Shown here: one piece after another, positions 19,578-29,118 of the stretch
Layout: each line of letters opens with the position of its first letter
Position numbering within the stretch: position 1 is the stretch's first letter
Assembly (NCBI GenBank): GCA_963662285.2
Contig: CAXXMV010000002.1
Location: 1,600,001 to 1,664,000 of the forward strand
Reading direction: 5' to 3'
Length of the DNA: 64,000 nucleotides
Source of the DNA: a bacterium
GTDB taxonomy: Bacteria > Hinthialibacterota > Hinthialibacteria > Hinthialibacterales > Hinthialibacteraceae
The notes under the pieces: generated by a model
Seen by the model: only the letters and a program-made list of their open reading frames with translations
Told to the model about the DNA's origin: nothing
Databases searched by the model: none
Program-made: the position numbers and the translations under genes

Positions 19578-20562
19578 ACCAGGTAGTTAAGCTGACTACG
19601 GTTATGAAGACAATCCCTTTAACCATCATTTGGGTGAAAGAGTCCAGACCTGCCAGGGTCATAAGATTTAGCAGTACGCCGATCACCAATACGCCGCCGA
19701 ACATTCCCAGGATGGAGCCGCGGCCTCCGGTCAGGTTCACCCCGCCCAGCACTACGGCGGTTATAGCGTTGAATTCATAGCCCAGTCCGGTTTCAAAGGT
19801 TCCCTGCATGTTCATGGAGGTCAATATGAGTCCGGCGAATGATGTGGTGAAGGCTGACAAAACGAAGGTTAACATCACGATTCGTTTAACCGGAACGCCG
19901 CTGAGCCGCGCAGCTTCGTAGGATGATCCTACTAATTGAACCTGCCTGCCGAACAGGGTGTGCTTCATCAACCAGTGGCCGATGGCGATAATGATAAGCA
20001 ACAATAGGGTGGCCAGTGGGAAGAAGCCCAGTATTTCTATCTGGGACAGATTAAGGAAAAAAGCTCCTGCGGATGTATCTTTATCGGGATAGATTTGTTG
20101 CCCGCTGTAGGCCCAGCGCAAGAAGCCGTCGAGCATAAAGAGCATGGCCAGAGTCCATATAATGGGGTTGACCCGCCAATAACCAACCGCATAGCCGTTG
20201 ATTAAACCGATGGTTAATCCAGCCATGAATCCGCAACAGAGACATGCCGCTATGCCGTAGGATTGCGCCGATATGGCCGCCAGACCTGAAAAAGCCATGA
20301 TTGATGGAATTGATATATCAAGGTAGTGCCGACTGTAGGTAATGAAGGCCACGCCAGTCGATACGATTCCCAATAGGGTGATATTGCGCATTATATTAAG
20401 CAGGTTATTTGGACTGGCGAATTTTGATGATATCAGTACGCCTGCGGCTAAGAGGAAAAGCAGTAATACGTATATTCCCAATTGGTTGAGCCATCGGCTG
20501 AACCATGAGATTTGGAGTTTTCTTTCATCTGTTTGTGAATCCGGCGTTATTGGATTTATCAT
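19546..20562 (-). CDS. Sugar ABC transporter permease (RbsC family)
   Basis: NLLNI, DISI, G.INGY, AARLSGV, G.GYEFNAITAVVLGG. Confidence 0.9.
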   Translation of the reverse strand: MINPITPDSQTDERKLQISWFSRWLNQLGIYVLLLFLLAAGVLISSKFASPNNLLNIMRNITLLGIVSTGVAFITYSRHYLDISIPSIMAFSGLAAISAQSYGIAACLCCGFMAGLTIGLINGYAVGYWRVNPIIWTLAMLFMLDGFLRWAYSGQQIYPDKDTSAGAFFLNLSQIEILGFFPLATLLLLIIIAIGHWLMKHTLFGRQVQLVGSSYEAARLSGVPVKRIVMLTFVLSAFTTSFAGLILTSMNMQGTFETGLGYEFNAITAVVLGGVNLTGGRGSILGMFGGVLVIGVLLNLMTLAGLDSFTQMMVKGIVFITVVSLTTWFARKSGRIDV

Positions 20563-22047
20563 TTATTCCCCATTGGCTGCTAGTAAGACGGCGTCTTCTG
20601 ATAGTTCCTGTTTTTGCATCTGGCGGATGATGCGTCCTTTGCGCATGACAATTATACGGTCGGATAAATCAACCAGTTCGGGCAGGTCGGACGAGATCAA
20701 CAGGACGCATTTACCCTGGTCGGCCAGATTGGCGATGGCATGGTGAATCACCTTTTTGGCGCCGATGTCAACTCCACGGGTCGGTTCGTCGAGAATGCAG
20801 ACTTCGGGAGCGGTGGCCAACCATTTAGCCAGTAATACTTTTTGCTGGTTGCCGCCTGAGAATTGGACGATTTGGCGGTTCGGCTCTGGTGGATAGATGG
20901 CCAACTGATCGGCTGATTCTTGAAAGATTTCCCGGCCATTATCTTGATTGATGAATTTAGAATTCTTGATTTGCATAGCGGACAAGAGGTTATCCTGCGC
21001 GGTTAGTTGCAGAGCCAGACCCTCTAATTTGCGGTCTTCGCTCAAATAGGCCAATCCGGCCTGCATGGTTGAGCGCATATCGGTTGCGTTGATCTCTTCA
21101 TTATCCAAAGTGATGGTTCCCGCATCCAGGGGATCAATACCGCATAGGCTTCGGGCGATTTCACTGCGCCCCGCTCCAGCCAGGCCGCCTAAACCGAGAA
21201 TCTCTCCCTCGCGGATATGAAAACTGATATCATGAAAGAATCCAAAGCGGCTGCATTGATCAACCTGGAATCTAATTTCACCCGGTGATGTTTTGCGTTC
21301 GACTGAAATCTCGCTGATGGTTTGCCCCAGCATCATCTCTACTAATTTGGTGGAATCAGTGTTTTTAACATGCAGGGTATCAACTTTTTGGCCGTCCCTC
21401 ATGACGGTTACCCTGTCGGCGATTGCCAGAATTTCCGGTAGATGATGAGATATATAGATTATGGTGAGTCCGGTTTTACGCAGTTTGCGGATGATATCGA
21501 AGAGCCGGTTCACCTCTTCGCTGCTCAGGGAAGAAGTCGGTTCATCCATGATCAGGATGGAAGGTTCAGAGCCAAGAGCTTTGGCGATTTCGACCAGTTG
21601 GGCTTCGTGTTGACTGATTTCGGAAATGGCCTGTTTGGGATTTATATCCAGTCCGACCATATCAAGTAATCGCCGCGCTTCCTCATACATGGCTTTGCGG
21701 TTAAGCAGGCCATACCTGGTCGGCAGCCTTCCCGCCAGCAGGTTTTCGGCGATGCTCAGCGGTTGGGCCAGGCATAGTTCCTGGTGAATCATGGCGATGC
21801 CATTGGCTTTGGCTATGGCTGGCGAGTGCAGCAAGATTTCTGCGTCGCCAAGCAGGATTTGCCCTGAGTAATCCTGGAAAGCTCCACTGATGATTTTCAT
21901 CAAACTGCTTTTACCGGCGCCGTTTTCACCGATGATGGCGTGGACTTCACCGGATTTTATGGTGAGGTTAACCTGATCAACCGCCAGGGTGCCGGGGTAG
22001 CGTTTAGATATGTTTCTTAATTCCAGGGCAATGCTGTGGTCAGTCAT
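20563..22047 (-). CDS. Sugar ABC transporter ATP-binding protein (RbsA/MglA family)
   Basis: GENGAGKS, MDEPT, SGGNQQKV, DEPTRGVDIGAK. Confidence 0.95.
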   Translation of the reverse strand: MTDHSIALELRNISKRYPGTLAVDQVNLTIKSGEVHAIIGENGAGKSSLMKIISGAFQDYSGQILLGDAEILLHSPAIAKANGIAMIHQELCLAQPLSIAENLLAGRLPTRYGLLNRKAMYEEARRLLDMVGLDINPKQAISEISQHEAQLVEIAKALGSEPSILIMDEPTSSLSSEEVNRLFDIIRKLRKTGLTIIYISHHLPEILAIADRVTVMRDGQKVDTLHVKNTDSTKLVEMMLGQTISEISVERKTSPGEIRFQVDQCSRFGFFHDISFHIREGEILGLGGLAGAGRSEIARSLCGIDPLDAGTITLDNEEINATDMRSTMQAGLAYLSEDRKLEGLALQLTAQDNLLSAMQIKNSKFINQDNGREIFQESADQLAIYPPEPNRQIVQFSGGNQQKVLLAKWLATAPEVCILDEPTRGVDIGAKKVIHHAIANLADQGKCVLLISSDLPELVDLSDRIIVMRKGRIIRQMQKQELSEDAVLLAANGE

Positions 22048-22099
22048 ATTGAGGATACCTGATGTGACGCGCTACTTGAAATTAATGAAGTTCACTCAA

Positions 22100-22132
22100 T
22101 CAAGGGCAGAAAATACACTGCCCTTGGCACCC
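22100..22132 (+). repeat. REP-like family B, short variant
   Basis: Identical to 4139-4171. Confidence 0.9.
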
Positions 22133-22180
22133 ACTTTTCCTATTCAATAATGTGGTATTTAGTGTAAAAGTGATTATTAT

Positions 22181-22217
22181 CAACCCTCACCTAGCCTCTC
22201 CCAATCTTGGGAGAGGG
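22181..22217 (+). repeat. Family D (CCCTCTCCC...GGGAGAGGG) palindrome
   Basis: CAACCCTCACCTAGCCTCTCCCAATCTTGGGAGAGGG; 1 mismatch to the reverse complement of 35281-35317. Confidence 0.85.
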
Positions 22218-22246
22218 ATATCATAGATCAAAGTTTAATTAAAAAA

Positions 22247-22585
22247 TCAATCGTAATGGAATACTTCTTCCATGTTGGTCCACCACGCGCCTTCGGCAAC
22301 GCCCTCAAGCGGCTTTTGGCATGGTTTGCAGTGAGACCACCAATCCTGGGTGGTTGGATCCGCCGCCATTATTTGCATGTCGGCGTCAAAATCAGTTCCG
22401 GTGTATTCGAAATAGCTGAATAGATAATATTGATCGTCATCCAGTTTTTGGAGATAGATCGAGTAGTTCTGGATGTTGCAGGCGCTGATCATCTTTAATA
22501 CATCCGGCCAGGCGGCGGCGTGTAGTTTTTTGTATTCTTCGATTTTTTCTTTGTTAAGACCGATTACCATTCCATAGCGTTGCAT
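22247..22585 (-). CDS. rhaM: L-rhamnose mutarotase
   Basis: EEYKKLHAAAWP, NIQNYSIY, LFSYFEY, DPTTQDWW, MEEVFH. Confidence 0.88.
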   Translation of the reverse strand: MQRYGMVIGLNKEKIEEYKKLHAAAWPDVLKMISACNIQNYSIYLQKLDDDQYYLFSYFEYTGTDFDADMQIMAADPTTQDWWSHCKPCQKPLEGVAEGAWWTNMEEVFHYD

Positions 22586-22607
22586 GATTATTTTCCCCTT
22601 TATTCCC

Positions 22608-22636
22608 GTAGGGTGGGTCGCGTTTTATGACCCACC
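22608..22636 (+). repeat. GTAG-type REP
   Basis: GTAGGGTGGGTC...GACCCACC. Confidence 0.75.
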
Positions 22637-22650
22637 GGATTAATCAATTA

Positions 22651-23808
22651 TTATGGTTGAAAAGACTCTAGTTGCAGCGGATAATCTCCATACTCTCTGA
22701 CCAGTTTTACGATTGAATCATAGGTTTGGCCGGAGACGCTGGATGATACTGAATGATCGGAGGCGAAGATGTATCCTCCGCCTTTGGCGGCGTTAAGTTT
22801 ACTCAGCACTTCATGTCGTACGGCTGCTTCGTCGCCGCTTTCCCACACTTGGATATTGCTGTTGCCGCAGAAGCCGATGCGGTGGCCGTATTGTTGGCGC
22901 AGTTTATTGACGTCCATATCCGCTTTGGCTTCGAGAGGATTGTAGGCGTCGACTCCTATGTCGATGAAGTCTTCGAATATTTTATTCACATTGCCGCAGC
23001 CGTGATAAATCACCGGCAAGCCGTTGGCGTGGCATTCATCTATTATGGCTTTGACCCAGGGTTTGAAATACTCACGCCAATAGACTGGTGAAAACATCAG
23101 ACTTTTCTTATAGGCCACGTCTCCCCAAATGACCATGCCGTCTAATAATCCTCCCGAACAGCGGATCTCTTCTTTGGCGCAATCCAGATAGAACTGGCCG
23201 ATGCGGTTGATGACCTTGCCCATGCGGTCAGGATGCATCCCCATCCACAGCAGGGTGTTTTGTTGACCGATGAGCCGGGTGAGGCACTCGGAACATTCAA
23301 TGATGCTGCCGAAGACGGCGAAGTCAGGCCGGATTTTTTTGACATTGTCGAACCATGCGATGGAGTTGCGCTCGAAGCCGTCGCCCACTCCTGCGAGGTG
23401 ATTATCGCCTGATTCAAAGAAGCGCCGCCGGTCTCTGGGGTCGTCAAATTCCAGCGCTTCCAGTTTTTCTATACTGTCGGTATCCCAGGAGAGCATTTCG
23501 GGCATGGGGAAAGCATATTTTTTGCGCACTGTCGTACCAAAGCCCGTCTTGATGGTGATCTCGTCAGCGCTATCTTTTATCACCTCAAATGATTTGATGT
23601 GGGGGTCGTTATTGGGAAGGGTGACAATCCAGTCTAAATTGTAATAATCATAAGGGTTTGCGTCGTCGGGAAGGTTTAATTCGCTACGCCAGCGTTTGAT
23701 GAATCCCCCCCAGAAAAAATCGCTTATGGGAACGCGGTCCGGCTCTTCATGGCGCAGCGCTTTTTTTATCCGGTCAACTTTTTGTAAGCAGTTATCGGTT
23801 CGATTCAT
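22651..23808 (-). CDS. Uroporphyrinogen decarboxylase (URO-D/CIMS-like) family protein
   Basis: ALRHEEPDRVP, WGDVAY, YHGCGN, NPLE, GGGYIFASDHSV. Confidence 0.85.
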   Translation of the reverse strand: MNRTDNCLQKVDRIKKALRHEEPDRVPISDFFWGGFIKRWRSELNLPDDANPYDYYNLDWIVTLPNNDPHIKSFEVIKDSADEITIKTGFGTTVRKKYAFPMPEMLSWDTDSIEKLEALEFDDPRDRRRFFESGDNHLAGVGDGFERNSIAWFDNVKKIRPDFAVFGSIIECSECLTRLIGQQNTLLWMGMHPDRMGKVINRIGQFYLDCAKEEIRCSGGLLDGMVIWGDVAYKKSLMFSPVYWREYFKPWVKAIIDECHANGLPVIYHGCGNVNKIFEDFIDIGVDAYNPLEAKADMDVNKLRQQYGHRIGFCGNSNIQVWESGDEAAVRHEVLSKLNAAKGGGYIFASDHSVSSSVSGQTYDSIVKLVREYGDYPLQLESFQP

Positions 23809-23872
23809 ATTCCACTCTCCCCGTCTTGATGGTAATTGGATTGTCTCATGAGGGATGGTATTTCGTCAACCT

Positions 23873-24144
23873 TATTGGTTAAGTCGATACGTCTTGTCGT
23901 GTAAAATATTGCTAACATTGGAGATGAGTTTCTTCCTGGACGTTCTGGATACTGCGCTTGAGATTTAGCCTAAGGAATATTTAATAGTGATAAAGGCTCT
24001 CGATTTACATGTTACGAATTCACGGAGTTACTAGAAAACAATGTAATTCTAATCAGTATAGATGGATGAGGCAGTGCGTTTGATAATATTTTCTTCGAGC
24101 GGCTTTGGCGAACGGTTAAGAACGAGGGAATATACCTAAAAGAA
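23873..24144 (+). pseudogene. Degraded IS3-family transposase (integrase core) fragment
   Basis: Manual translation: WLSRYVLS...IFNSDKGSRFT...ISIDG*GSAFDNIFFERLWRTVKNEGIYLKE, matching the IS3 rve pattern, with an in-frame stop; absent from the ORF track. Confidence 0.8.
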
Positions 24145-24431
24145 ACCTTTTTTTAATCAATCCTCTCCCGGAAGCGCATTTTTTGATTGAAACTTTTTTA
24201 AACAACGGTACGTTAAACCAATAATTATTTCAAATATTAGATAATAATACAAAAGTTGACCTTTTTTGTAAAATAGTAATATCAATCATGAAGATGCTCT
24301 GGTATAATGTCTCTAAGGGCTTTGATTTATTAATATTATCTGTTTTTCAATTATTTCGGGATGACGAATTTAACTCTTTTAGTTCTGTAATATAACCATT
24401 AAGTATTATGCTTTAATAAGGTTTTTAGTAG

Positions 24432-26672
24432 ATGAAGATTTCATTATCAAAATCCTTTAGGCGTACAATGGGAATTGCACCAATATTTGCAATCTTTGTA
24501 TTTTATCTTGTCTCACCAATATTAGCTTGGAATAATCATGATTATCAATTTTCGCCCTCATTTAATACTCATCATAATTCACGTTTAATCCAAATATCGA
24601 ACATAACCGATAGTCAACCACAAAATGATCACAAACAGATTGATCCAGAAACTTATGTATTACCATATCATGTCTATTTAACTCTAAAATCATTATTTCT
24701 TCTGTTTTTGATTATATTATTAAGTATTTTGTTTTACAAAAACCATCAGCTCCACAACCAAAACAATCATCTACTTAAAGAAGAGAACCGTTATCGCGCA
24801 ATTCTTGAAAATCAGGAAGATATGCTGTGCCGTTTCTCACCCGATTTCACCTTAACATTTGTAAATGATAAGGTCTGTGATTTTTTCGAAAAAGATAGGA
24901 ATGATCTGATTGATAATGATTTCTGGCCGTTGATCCCTCATATTGATAAGGAAATTGTCTATAACCAGATCAAATCGATTACGCCGGAAAATCCCACTAC
25001 AACATTAGACATCCCCATGATTCGACCTAACGGCGATATGTGCTGGTATCGCTGGTCGGCTTTCGCAATTTATACATCTGATGGAACAATCCATCATTAT
25101 CAAGCAACCGGACGCAATATCCACGATTTGAAAAACTCCCAGGATGCGCTCATCCAAATGAAAGAGGAAGCGGAAAGCGCCAATAAGGCCAAAAGCGATT
25201 TTCTGGCCCGCATGAGCCATGAGTTGCGCACTCCGCTTAATTCCGTAATTGGATTCGCTTCACTGCTTATAAAGAATAAGCAGAACAACTTAAGCGGTAA
25301 AGATGTTAATTTTCTGGGCCGGATTCAGAATAACGGTAAACACCTTCTTAGCCTGATTAACCAAATCCTTGATCTTTCCAAGATTGAGTCCGGTCGGATG
25401 GATTTTCATGAATCCACCGTTCATCTTAATAAGCTGGTTTGGGAAATACTCGATCAATTTGAACATCAGATTCGAAGTAAAAAAATTGAAATTCACTGTG
25501 ATATTCCCGAATCAATCATTCCCATTAAAACCGATGAAGGAAAATTGAAACAAGTGCTTTTCAATCTGCTGGGCAATGCGATCAAGTTTACCGAAAAGGG
25601 CAGCATCATGGTACGCATCACGGTCCACCAGAATACGCATTTACCTATCCGGCTGGAAGTTATCGATACCGGAATAGGCATCCCCCAAGAACAACTTTCA
25701 GAAATTTTCGAGCCTTTCTGTCAAGCGGATTCCAGTACCAGCCGTCAATATGAAGGAACCGGACTTGGTCTGACTATTTCTCAATCGCTCTGTAATTTGC
25801 TGGGCTTCGAAATTGAAGCGGAAAGTAAATTGGGTGAAGGATCATGTTTTCGTATTATTATGAATCCAGAACCTTCAGTTATTGATTACGTTGACCAGTT
25901 TGATGTCGGTGATTTTCAATTCGCCTATTCTCACAATTCAGTACTGTCCAATAAAACCGTCTTGATAGTGGATGACGAACAAGACGCCATCCTTCTATTG
26001 CAACACACTATTGAAGAATTCGGTTGCATGACAATAGTTGCCGACTCAGGTATGAAAGGCTTGAAACTGGCTGAAGAACATCATCCTGATCTCATCTTAA
26101 TGGATGTCTTAATGCCGGAAATGAATGGATGGGAATTTTTAATAAACATAAAAAGCGACCCCAAGTTATCTGATATTCCGGTAATCGTAGTCAGCGTCGT
26201 CGCCAGCGATCTTCGAGGCGTCTCCCTTGGCTTGGTCGACTTTCTCGACAAACCGGTTAAACCGGATGAACTCTACAAACTCGCCTGCAAGAATCTACAA
26301 AGAAAAAGGGGACGCGCCCTTCTCGTCAAAGTGGATAATGCTGATCGCAGTTTAACCAAATTGCTTTTGGAAAAAGAAGGTATTGAACTTTTACTGGCAT
26401 CCAACCAGGAAGAAGCTCTACATATCATCAATTCCGAATTATTGGATCTAATCATCGTCGACTCGTCAGCGCTTGACCAGGATGGCTCTATAGTGCTTCA
26501 AACAGTCCGGCAAGACATGCGTTTTCATGCTCTACCGATGATTATCACTGTCAACCGGGATTTACATGAAGATGAAATCCGACACCTCAATATCACCGAT
26601 CACATTCTCCACAAAGACAATGGCTACGAAGATGAACTCAAATCTACTATCGATAGAGTCTTTACCATGTAA
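24432..26672 (+). CDS. Hybrid sensor histidine kinase (TM-PAS-HisKA-HATPase-REC-degenerate REC)
   Basis: FLARMSHELRTPLN, NLLGNAIKFT, DTGIGI, GTGLGL, LIVDD...DLILMDVLMP. Confidence 0.93.
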   Translation: MKISLSKSFRRTMGIAPIFAIFVFYLVSPILAWNNHDYQFSPSFNTHHNSRLIQISNITDSQPQNDHKQIDPETYVLPYHVYLTLKSLFLLFLIILLSILFYKNHQLHNQNNHLLKEENRYRAILENQEDMLCRFSPDFTLTFVNDKVCDFFEKDRNDLIDNDFWPLIPHIDKEIVYNQIKSITPENPTTTLDIPMIRPNGDMCWYRWSAFAIYTSDGTIHHYQATGRNIHDLKNSQDALIQMKEEAESANKAKSDFLARMSHELRTPLNSVIGFASLLIKNKQNNLSGKDVNFLGRIQNNGKHLLSLINQILDLSKIESGRMDFHESTVHLNKLVWEILDQFEHQIRSKKIEIHCDIPESIIPIKTDEGKLKQVLFNLLGNAIKFTEKGSIMVRITVHQNTHLPIRLEVIDTGIGIPQEQLSEIFEPFCQADSSTSRQYEGTGLGLTISQSLCNLLGFEIEAESKLGEGSCFRIIMNPEPSVIDYVDQFDVGDFQFAYSHNSVLSNKTVLIVDDEQDAILLLQHTIEEFGCMTIVADSGMKGLKLAEEHHPDLILMDVLMPEMNGWEFLINIKSDPKLSDIPVIVVSVVASDLRGVSLGLVDFLDKPVKPDELYKLACKNLQRKRGRALLVKVDNADRSLTKLLLEKEGIELLLASNQEEALHIINSELLDLIIVDSSALDQDGSIVLQTVRQDMRFHALPMIITVNRDLHEDEIRHLNITDHILHKDNGYEDELKSTIDRVFTM

Positions 26673-26782
26673 TTTTAATGATAGATCGGTAAAGCATAGC
26701 CTATCCACGATATGGGCATTAAGTTTCATGCTGAATTCATCTATCTTGGAGGATAGGATTGCTAAAATGGAGAGAACGCCTT

Positions 26783-27364
26783 GTGAAGTTAACCGTAAGA
26801 AATAGAAACTATGCTTTCACTCTTATAGAATTGCTCATTGTCGTCGCCATTATCGGGATTCTTGCAGCTATTGCTGTTCCCAATTTTATGAATGCCAGAA
26901 CGCGAGCCATGGTGGCCCGATGTTACTCCGACATTCGTACGCTGGGGAGCGCTTTTGGAATGTACCAGATTGATAACAATTCCTATCCCAAAGGCGATGA
27001 TCTGTGGTACACCAACCAAATGTATCCCCGCCTTACAACTCCAATTGCTTATATTTCATCAATTCCCGTGGATCCTTTTGTTGTAAAGGACGATCCGCAA
27101 AGGCCTTTGTATCACAGCCTTTTTTACCCATGCTGGAATATTAATACAATGGTTATCTTACAGAATAAAACATGGGGCGGCATACCGGTTCGAAACGCCG
27201 TCAGTCAGGGTACGCATATATTAATCGTCAGTTCCGGCCCTGATAAACACGAGGATATTGCATCTCAATCAACGGGCGCCCTTACTTATCATATGTCAAA
27301 TGGTTTGATTTCAGAGGGTGACATTATCCGGTATGTTCCCGGAAATCAACAAGACGCTTTTTAA
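26783..27364 (+). CDS. Prepilin-type N-terminal cleavage/methylation domain protein (pseudopilin-like)
   Basis: AFTLIELLIVVAIIGILAAIAVPNF; LTTPIAY...P.DPF; SSGPD; probable GTG start at 26783. Confidence 0.88.
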   Translation: MKLTVRNRNYAFTLIELLIVVAIIGILAAIAVPNFMNARTRAMVARCYSDIRTLGSAFGMYQIDNNSYPKGDDLWYTNQMYPRLTTPIAYISSIPVDPFVVKDDPQRPLYHSLFYPCWNINTMVILQNKTWGGIPVRNAVSQGTHILIVSSGPDKHEDIASQSTGALTYHMSNGLISEGDIIRYVPGNQQDAF

Positions 27365-27367
27365 TCC

Positions 27368-27402
27368 AAAAAAAAGGCGGTCTCATAAAGAAACCGCCTT
27401 TT
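27368..27402. terminator. Bidirectional intrinsic terminator
   Basis: AAAAAGGCGGT...ACCGCCTTTT between convergent genes. Confidence 0.85.
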
Positions 27403-27459
27403 ATTACAAGATATAGATAATAACGATTACTGCAATAACCAATCGTCAAGTTATAACGA

Positions 27460-28950
27460 TTAATGCAACGACCATTCGCTAACTGAAGTTCCTCCGGTGG
27501 ATAGTACTAGATCTCCGTAGGTTATTTCGCTGTGCGCTCTGCCGCACCAGCTCAATTGAGCCTGACGGTCCATACCATCATCGTCGTTAACGCCAACCGT
27601 AAAGCCCATAGTCGTCAGATCGGTCCCCAGAGTGGCTTTTGGAATCTTGAATTCCACTTGATAGCCAGTGCTGGTTGTGCTGGTCGCTGCAAACCAATCA
27701 GCGTCCGCTCCGAAAACCGGATCGTTGGCTTCTACGTCTCGCCAGGCGCCGTTGGGGGTCAACACGAATTGCCCTTCGAATTGCAGTACGCCGCGTCCGG
27801 TGTCGTTACTGTCGTCGGCGTCAAAGAAGATTTCCACCGAGTCGTCTTCCCAGGTAGAGGCGTTTTCATTTCCAGCTTCAGCGCTGTCAGTAGAAATGAT
27901 GTCGTCAATAACAGTAACTCCCACGTAAATGGCGTCGGCATCGTGAACCACCTGGAAGGAATAATCATGATCCCCCAGCGCCCAACCATCATCGCCTGAC
28001 GGGATATCATACACTCCGGTGAAGGTGGTTACTTCCGCTTTCGGTGCGCCGGCGTATTCGTCGGCGCCGATGGTTCCGTCAACTGTAGGAGCGGCGGCTT
28101 GAGGCGCGACGTAGGTTTTTTTGCCCAACAGCAGGTTGCCGTAAGTCATTTCTACATGAGTGTTGCCAGACCAGACATACTGGTTTTCTACTGAACTGCC
28201 GCCATCGTCGTCGTCATTGATGCAGACGTCAAATCCGATGATATCGCCGGGTTGGGGATCGCCCAGGATACTTAGACTAATCCGGAACTCAGCGTCGTAG
28301 GCGGTACCCGCGTCATTCATTTGAGCTTGTGCGTACCAGGCTGCGTCAGGTCCGAATCCGGGGTTGCCCGCTTCGGCTTCTCGATAGGCGTTGTTGAGAG
28401 TGATGACGTACTGTCCGCCCGTCGACCATCCCTCAGGTTTCTCGCCCGCCGTATCCCGGACTTCGTAGTTGCTGTTGTCGCCGTCGACGAAGATTTCCAC
28501 GCTATCGTCTTCCCATGTGTTACCGTTCTGAGATTCGGCCGCAGCGGTGTCGTCGTATAGGATATCGTCGGTAACGCGCACCGCTACATAGAGATATTCA
28601 TCATCGTAACCGACAAATATCATGGCGCCGAAATCCTCGGTATATAGTGGACCTTGTCCGCCATTGTCGATGTGGGCGCCGCGGGTGTAATCGTCTTCCA
28701 GCCCGGCTTTAAACTCGTGCTGCTTATCGATGTTGTCGTCGAACTGGATAGCCCAATATGAATTTGTTCCATCACCGTAGGAACCACCAGCCCACATCCA
28801 TTCTTCCGGTTCAATTACGCCGTCAATAGTCGGCGGCTGTGGAAGTTCAAAAGCCATTTGAGTCTTGGTTTCATCATAAGTCGTCCGGTCAGCCATCGCA
28901 AAACCAGACGCCAACATAAGAAACGCTAATACAAATATACCCTTTCGCAT
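27460..28950 (-). CDS. Secreted tandem CBM9-like sugar-binding protein with C-terminal motif TSVSEWSLH
   Basis: Signal peptide; two copies of PT.DG....E, Y....V.DD, WEDDSVEIF.D.D, EF.I, NDDDG. Confidence 0.85.
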   Translation of the reverse strand: MRKGIFVLAFLMLASGFAMADRTTYDETKTQMAFELPQPPTIDGVIEPEEWMWAGGSYGDGTNSYWAIQFDDNIDKQHEFKAGLEDDYTRGAHIDNGGQGPLYTEDFGAMIFVGYDDEYLYVAVRVTDDILYDDTAAAESQNGNTWEDDSVEIFVDGDNSNYEVRDTAGEKPEGWSTGGQYVITLNNAYREAEAGNPGFGPDAAWYAQAQMNDAGTAYDAEFRISLSILGDPQPGDIIGFDVCINDDDDGGSSVENQYVWSGNTHVEMTYGNLLLGKKTYVAPQAAAPTVDGTIGADEYAGAPKAEVTTFTGVYDIPSGDDGWALGDHDYSFQVVHDADAIYVGVTVIDDIISTDSAEAGNENASTWEDDSVEIFFDADDSNDTGRGVLQFEGQFVLTPNGAWRDVEANDPVFGADADWFAATSTTSTGYQVEFKIPKATLGTDLTTMGFTVGVNDDDGMDRQAQLSWCGRAHSEITYGDLVLSTGGTSVSEWSLH

Positions 28951-29080
28951 AGGAAAGTTCCTCCTTCTTCAGTTGTATTGAGGTGCAAGTCAAGAATATA
29001 GTCGCAAATTTTCATCATTATGTCAACCGCGTGTGCGGTTAACCGATTTATTTATTAAACCGTAATAAAAAATCTATGAG

Positions 29081-29097
29081 CAAACGTGATAATAAAC
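29081..29097. promoter_or_regulatory. 17-bp intergenic motif, exact second copy at 40542-40558
   Basis: CAAACGTGATAATAAAC. Confidence 0.4.
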
Positions 29098-29118
29098 AAA
29101 CATATTTTGGCAATCTCT

